Shown in pieces: positions 60,174-64,000 of a DNA stretch of 64,000 nt; position 1 is the first letter of the stretch, and each line of letters starts with the position of its first letter. Location: sequence record KP869105. The stretch is one strand, 5' to 3'. This DNA is from Escherichia coli O157 typing phage 7. Position numbers and translations under genes: made by a program. The notes beneath the pieces are model-generated. The model saw only the letters and a program-made list of their open reading frames with translations, made no database searches and was not told the origin of the DNA.

Positions 60174-60825
60174 AATACTTGCAAGATTTCACAGTTTCAA
60201 TGAAAACATTTTTAGCTTTCTGTGAATCAATATTTAAAATTTTTCTATAAGCCTTTAACTTTATAGAATAATTATTCCAGACTAAATTATCAGTCTGTTC
60301 ATCATGTTTATCAATTATATTTAAAAATGAATCAAGCAAGATAAACGTTTCAAACGAAATTATGTTCGACTGAAGCAGTTTAAAAATATAACTTGATTGA
60401 ACCTTTGGATTATATTCAAAGATTTCTTTAAAAGCAGAAACTTCAACTTTTTTACTAAAATAATAAATGTTGCGAATATCTTCTTCAAACTTAAATTTAA
60501 TTTGCTTTAAGCGTCCGATATATTCACGATAAAACACAAGTGCATCAGCGTCAGAGATGTCACCAATCCAAGCATCTTGGTTAGCAACCAAATTGCTTAT
60601 AAAGATTAAAGCAAGTTCCTTTAATTTATATTTTTCTGATAACTTCTGGAAAAAATACTTATCCCTTCGCTTTTGATAAGCGGCATCAGACACCCGCATG
60701 CACCAATTATACTTAATAACATCATACTTTCCATTCATATGTTGTTTTATCATTAAGTATAATTTATAAACTGATTTACCATCAATGTATCTTTCACCAC
60801 CAGCAGGCATGCGGAGTTTAATCAT
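60172..60825 (-). CDS. 59: gp59 helicase loader
   Basis: 217 aa as in T4 gp59; between 33 and 32. Confidence 0.9.
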   Translation of the reverse strand: MIKLRMPAGGERYIDGKSVYKLYLMIKQHMNGKYDVIKYNWCMRVSDAAYQKRRDKYFFQKLSEKYKLKELALIFISNLVANQDAWIGDISDADALVFYREYIGRLKQIKFKFEEDIRNIYYFSKKVEVSAFKEIFEYNPKVQSSYIFKLLQSNIISFETFILLDSFLNIIDKHDEQTDNLVWNNYSIKLKAYRKILNIDSQKAKNVFIETVKSCKY

Positions 60826-61160
60826 AGTAGAAAATCTAATGTATTAGTTTTTTCACAACGAACAACAGAAGGACGTAAAAGATTTTCGTCAATAGCTTCT
60901 GACTGAATTTTTTCAATTATACCCGAAGGAATAAATTTAGCAAATTGAGTTTCAGGAATAGAATTTTCTTCCAAGAATGCTGTCGTAGCTTCAAGATAAC
61001 TCATTCCAAACTCTTCTACCATTTTTTCAATAATAAATCCATTTTCTTGGCGGTCAAGAAGCTTTGCAATTTCATCCTTTTCTTTCTTAATTGAAAGTTC
61101 TTTTTCTGAAAGCCCGGCCTCATCGACCGGGCGAATATCATTTAGAGAAAACTGTGTCAT
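60822..61160 (-). CDS. 33: gp33 late transcription co-activator
   Basis: Track ORF trimmed to MTQFSLNDIRPV..., about 112 aa; ATGA-coupled to gene 59. Confidence 0.85.
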   Translation of the reverse strand: MTQFSLNDIRPVDEAGLSEKELSIKKEKDEIAKLLDRQENGFIIEKMVEEFGMSYLEATTAFLEENSIPETQFAKFIPSGIIEKIQSEAIDENLLRPSVVRCEKTNTLDFLL

Positions 61161-61407
61161 AAAGTTCAACTACCTCTTCAGTTTCAGCTTCAAACACATC
61201 ACGGTTATCTTTATGATATAGAGCCAAAAGACGATTAAACATCTTGCCATCAACACCAAGTTCATCTTTGGCACGAATTCGAATATCTTTAATCAATTCA
61301 TTATAACCGGAAATTTTCAGTTTATGATCAGATGCTTCTTTAATAAATTTAGCCAAGTCTTCGCCGTGGATAGCTTCATCAAATTCAACCATTTCTTTTT
61401 TAGCCAT
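61138..61407 (-). CDS. dsbA: DsbA double-stranded DNA-binding protein
   Basis: 89 aa as in T4 DsbA; between rnh and 33. Confidence 0.8.
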   Translation of the reverse strand: MAKKEMVEFDEAIHGEDLAKFIKEASDHKLKISGYNELIKDIRIRAKDELGVDGKMFNRLLALYHKDNRDVFEAETEEVVELYDTVFSK

Positions 61408-61415
61408 TATTCACC

Positions 61416-62333
61416 TCAAAATTCATTAATGCTATTAGTTAATTTAGAAAGACCCGCTTTTACAAAATATGAATAAATTTTGCCACGCGGTGGTAATTTA
61501 TATGAATTATAGTAATTCACAATGTTTGAAGCAATATTATCAGGAATATAATCAAAATCAATTAGAACTAAATTTTCTTTATAACGATTATATTCAGATT
61601 CTGTTAGAAGCACCTTAGCTTGCTCACGGTCATTAGCAATAGCTTCAACGATTGAAGTTTTCATTGAAGGGGTTCGTTCACCTTCAACTTTGGTAAACCA
61701 AAAGTCAGATCGTACTTTAACTGAAGCAACGTTATCCTTTTTGTCGCCTTTAAGGATTTTAGTCATACAGTCAATTTCAGCAGAACCGCTTTTAATTTTA
61801 ACCCATTTCTTGTGCATCGGTGACCATTGCTTAACATTTGGATATTTGTGAAGTTGAGTAAAGTCACCATCAGATGAAATGATTAAAATCTTGTGTCCTT
61901 CTAAAGAGAACTTTTTAACAAGAACAGCAATGTGGTCATCTGCTTCATACTTATCGATATCCATAACAATGTATGGCATATAAGCTTTCAATTCATCTAT
62001 AACTTTATGACTGGATTCAAAATAACCTTCCCAGTCCCAAGTAGATTCTTCTCGTGCTTTTCCACGGTTTTTCTTATAATAATACGCGAAATCACGACGC
62101 CAATATCCAGATTTCGCATTATCAATACACAGTACAATTTTAGTGTATCCAAGAGTTTTTGCTTTTTTGACATTAAACTTAATTGAGTTCAATATCAAAT
62201 GACGAACCATTGATAAATTAATTTTTTCTTTATCTGGAAAGTTTACCAAAGCAGTTGAAAGCGCAATTTGACTAAAGTCAATAAAGCAAATTCCTTCTTT
62301 GTAATCTTCATCCAGCATCATTTCTAAATCCAT
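61416..62333 (-). CDS. rnh: RNase H (5'-3' exonuclease, FEN-1 family)
   Basis: Track ORF trimmed to ATG at 62333 (MDLEMMLDEDYKEG...) giving 305 aa as in T4 RNase H. Confidence 0.9.
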   Translation of the reverse strand: MDLEMMLDEDYKEGICFIDFSQIALSTALVNFPDKEKINLSMVRHLILNSIKFNVKKAKTLGYTKIVLCIDNAKSGYWRRDFAYYYKKNRGKAREESTWDWEGYFESSHKVIDELKAYMPYIVMDIDKYEADDHIAVLVKKFSLEGHKILIISSDGDFTQLHKYPNVKQWSPMHKKWVKIKSGSAEIDCMTKILKGDKKDNVASVKVRSDFWFTKVEGERTPSMKTSIVEAIANDREQAKVLLTESEYNRYKENLVLIDFDYIPDNIASNIVNYYNSYKLPPRGKIYSYFVKAGLSKLTNSINEF

Positions 62334-62395
62334 ATGAACCTCGTTCAATTAGTGAGATTTCTATTATATACCATCCAAATCTTAAAGTAAACAAG

Positions 62396-62403
62396 TATAA
62401 ATA
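62396..62403 (+). promoter_or_regulatory. T4 late promoter box (gene 34)
   Basis: Exact TATAAATA about 35 nt upstream of the gene 34 ATG. Confidence 0.65.
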
Positions 62404-62437
62404 CTTATTATTGAAAACACAATAGGAGCCCGGGAGA

Positions 62438-62851
62438 ATGGCCGAGATTAAAAGAAAGTTCAGAGCAGAAGACGGTCTGGACGCAGGTGGTGATAAAATA
62501 ATCAACGTAGCTTTAGCTGATCGTACCGTAGGAACTGACGGTGTAAACGTTGATTACTTAATTCAAGAAAACACAGTTCAACAATATGATCCAACTCGTG
62601 GATATTTAAAAGATTTTGTAATCATTTATGATAACCGCTTTTGGGCTGCTATAAATGATATTCCAAAACCAGCAGGAGCTTTTAATAGCGTACGATGGAG
62701 AGCGTTACACACTGATGCAAACTGGACAACTGTTTCGTCAGGACCCTATCAATTAAAATCAGGCGAATCGATTTCAGTTAACACCGCAGCGGGTAATGAC
62801 ATTACATTTACTTTGCCATCTTCTCCAATTGATGGTGATACTATCGTTCTC
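62438..62851 (+). CDS. 34: long tail fiber proximal subunit gp34, N-terminal part (sequence then breaks into gapped fragments)
   Basis: MAEIKRKFRAEDGLDAGGDKIINVALADRTVGTDGVNVDYLIQ... N-terminus; late promoter box 62396-62403; continues in 63168-63404 after collapsing duplicates. Confidence 0.8.
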
Positions 62852-62861
62852 NNNNNNNNNN
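62852..62861. other. assembly gap (10 N)
   Basis: Run of n in the sequence. Confidence 0.95.
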
Positions 62862-63004
62862 GCACTGATGCAAACTGGACAACTGTTTCGTCAGGACCCT
62901 ATCAATTAAAATCAGGCGAATCGATTTCAGTTAACACCGCAGCGGGTAATGACATTACATTTACTTTGCCATCTTCTCCAATTGATGGTGATACTATCGT
63001 TCTC
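62862..63004 (+). other. redundant copy of gene 34 sequence 62709-62851 (unmerged overlapping fragment)
   Basis: Identical to the preceding about 143 nt except the first base; bounded by N runs. Confidence 0.85.
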
Positions 63005-63014
63005 NNNNNNNNNN
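63005..63014. other. assembly gap (10 N)
   Basis: Run of n. Confidence 0.95.
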
Positions 63015-63157
63015 ACGAATCGATTTCAGTTAACACCGCAGCGGGTAATGACATTACATTTACTTTGCCATCTTCTCCAATTGATGGTGATACTATCGTT
63101 CTCCAAGATATTGGAGGAAAACCTGGAGTTAACCAGGTTTTAATTACAGCTCCGGTA
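63015..63157 (+). other. overlapping gene 34 fragment (repeats 62764-62851, then extends 55 nt)
   Basis: Sequence identity with the earlier fragment, then new in-frame gp34 sequence QDIGGKPGVNQVLITAPV. Confidence 0.85.
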
Positions 63158-63167
63158 NNNNNNNNNN
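63158..63167. other. assembly gap (10 N)
   Basis: Run of n. Confidence 0.95.
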
Positions 63168-63404
63168 CAAGATATTGGAGGAAAACCTGGAGTTAACCAG
63201 GTTTTAATTACAGCTCCGGTACAAAGCATTGTAAACTTTAGAGGTCAACAAGTACGCTCAGTACTAATGACTCATCCAAAATCACAGATAGTTTTAATTT
63301 TTAGTAATCGTCTGTGGCAAATGTATGTTGCTGATTATAGCAGAGAAGCGGCAGTTGTAACACCGGCAAGTCTTTATCAAGCGCAATCAAACGATTTTAT
63401 CGTG
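63168..63404 (+). CDS. 34: gp34 internal fragment (overlaps previous fragment by about 52 nt, then extends)
   Basis: Continues the gp34 reading frame: ...QSIVNFRGQQVRSVLMTHPKSQIVLIFSNRLWQMYVADYSREAAVVTPASLYQAQSNDFIV. Confidence 0.7.
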
Positions 63405-63504
63405 NNNNNNNNNNNNNNNNNNNNNNNNNNNNNNNNNNNNNNNNNNNNNNNNNNNNNNNNNNNNNNNNNNNNNNNNNNNNNNNNNNNNNNNNNNNNNNNN
63501 NNNN
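63405..63504. other. scaffold gap (100 N)
   Basis: Run of 100 n, the usual unknown-length gap placeholder. Confidence 0.95.
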
Positions 63505-63592
63505 AAACCAACATCGCTGTTAAAGCCAACTGGATTTAATGCTGCTTCGTCAAGCTGCTGATTCTGGTTTACTGGATTAAGGCCAAAGTAAC

Positions 63593-63943
63593 TCATTGCG
63601 GAATATCTCCGGAGAATCTCTGACGCTTCTGTGTCAGATCAAGAACAACGGGAGAACCATCATCTTTTAGCAGATAACCAGTACCAAGTTTCACCAGGTA
63701 CTGACTATCGCCGTAACTTTGCAAACCATACTGACCAGGCGGTGTTTTTATCCCTGTGCCAACAACTTGTTCATTCCAAGCCTGATTAACCTGCTTATCG
63801 AATTGCTCTGCAGACATTCCCCACGGCAAAAGAACATTCCCCATTCCGTTATAGTCATGCACGCCACCTGTAGCTACGTTAACAGCCTGTTTCCAGATAT
63901 CATTGTCAATTTCGCCTGATACCACGCCTTTTTTCGCCATCAC
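63593..63943 (-). CDS. unidentified protein on a higher-GC segment, probably not part of this phage locus
   Basis: 116 aa ORF (GTG then ATG start), ATGA-coupled to a downstream ORF running into the N gap; base composition visibly richer in G+C than the rest of the window. Confidence 0.3.
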   Translation of the reverse strand: MMAKKGVVSGEIDNDIWKQAVNVATGGVHDYNGMGNVLLPWGMSAEQFDKQVNQAWNEQVVGTGIKTPPGQYGLQSYGDSQYLVKLGTGYLLKDDGSPVVLDLTQKRQRFSGDIPQ

Positions 63944-63965
63944 ACCAGCGTAATAGTCCTTTGCG

Positions 63966-63989
63966 ATCTCGTATGCCGTCTTCTGCTTG
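63966..63989 (+). other. Illumina P7 adapter, reverse complement
   Basis: ATCTCGTATGCCGTCTTCTGCTTG is the exact reverse complement of CAAGCAGAAGACGGCATACGAGAT. Confidence 0.9.
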
Positions 63990-64000
63990 AAAAAAAAAAA
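63990..64000 (+). other. terminal poly-A run (sequencing or read-through artifact)
   Basis: 11 A residues directly after the adapter at the sequence end. Confidence 0.85.

Noticed and set aside
62438-63196. Track ORF of 252 aa with X residues spanning the N runs
   Set aside because: It is created by translating across N spacers and duplicated fragments; only the real gp34 N-terminal part and the extending fragments are annotated
62709-63404. Repeat-spacer appearance (repeated blocks separated by fixed 10-nt spacers) that might suggest a CRISPR-like array
   Set aside because: The spacers are literal N characters and the repeats are overlapping copies of gene 34 coding sequence, so this is an assembly artifact
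63990-64000. Poly-A as a genuine genome terminus or polyadenylation signal
   Set aside because: It directly follows an Illumina adapter sequence, so it is a sequencing artifact

Overview
This window is a T-even (T4-type) myovirus genome segment, AT-rich and densely packed with genes, collinear with the phage T4 map as I recall it. I did not find a convincing wholly new biological system; the most unusual items are listed as findings. Calls rest on reading the supplied ORF translations against remembered T4 protein lengths, N-termini and motifs; no database search was run. Coordinates I derived by hand (internal starts, promoters, hairpins) may be off by 1-2 nt. Plus strand, 1-19848: end of gene 9, then 10, 11, 12, wac (foldon present), 13, 14, 15, 16, 17, 18, 19, 20, 67, 68, 21, 22, 23, 24. 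Mixed strands, 19878-33765: rnlB, two small ORFs, hoc, inh, uvsW, uvsY cluster, baseplate hub genes 25, 26, 51, 27, 28, 29, 48, 54. Minus strand, 33794-62348: two tandem Alt ADP-ribosyltransferase paralogs, DNA ligase (30), a run of small 30.x-position ORFs, rIII, 31, cd, pseT, a spanin pair, alc, rnlA, denA, nrdB, nrdA, td, frd, 32, 59, 33, dsbA, rnh. From 62438 the start of long-tail-fiber gene 34 runs on the plus strand. T4 late promoter boxes (TATAAATA), GTTTAC-type early promoters with stem-loops, two MotA-type middle promoters and several hairpin terminators sit where expected. No tRNA, rRNA, CRISPR, integrase or transposase was seen. The last ~1.3 kb is not trustworthy biology: overlapping gene-34 fragments are joined by runs of N, followed by a higher-GC unidentified segment that ends in an Illumina adapter and poly-A. 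The ORF track uses GTG/TTG as starts; several N-termini were trimmed to the SD-supported ATG.
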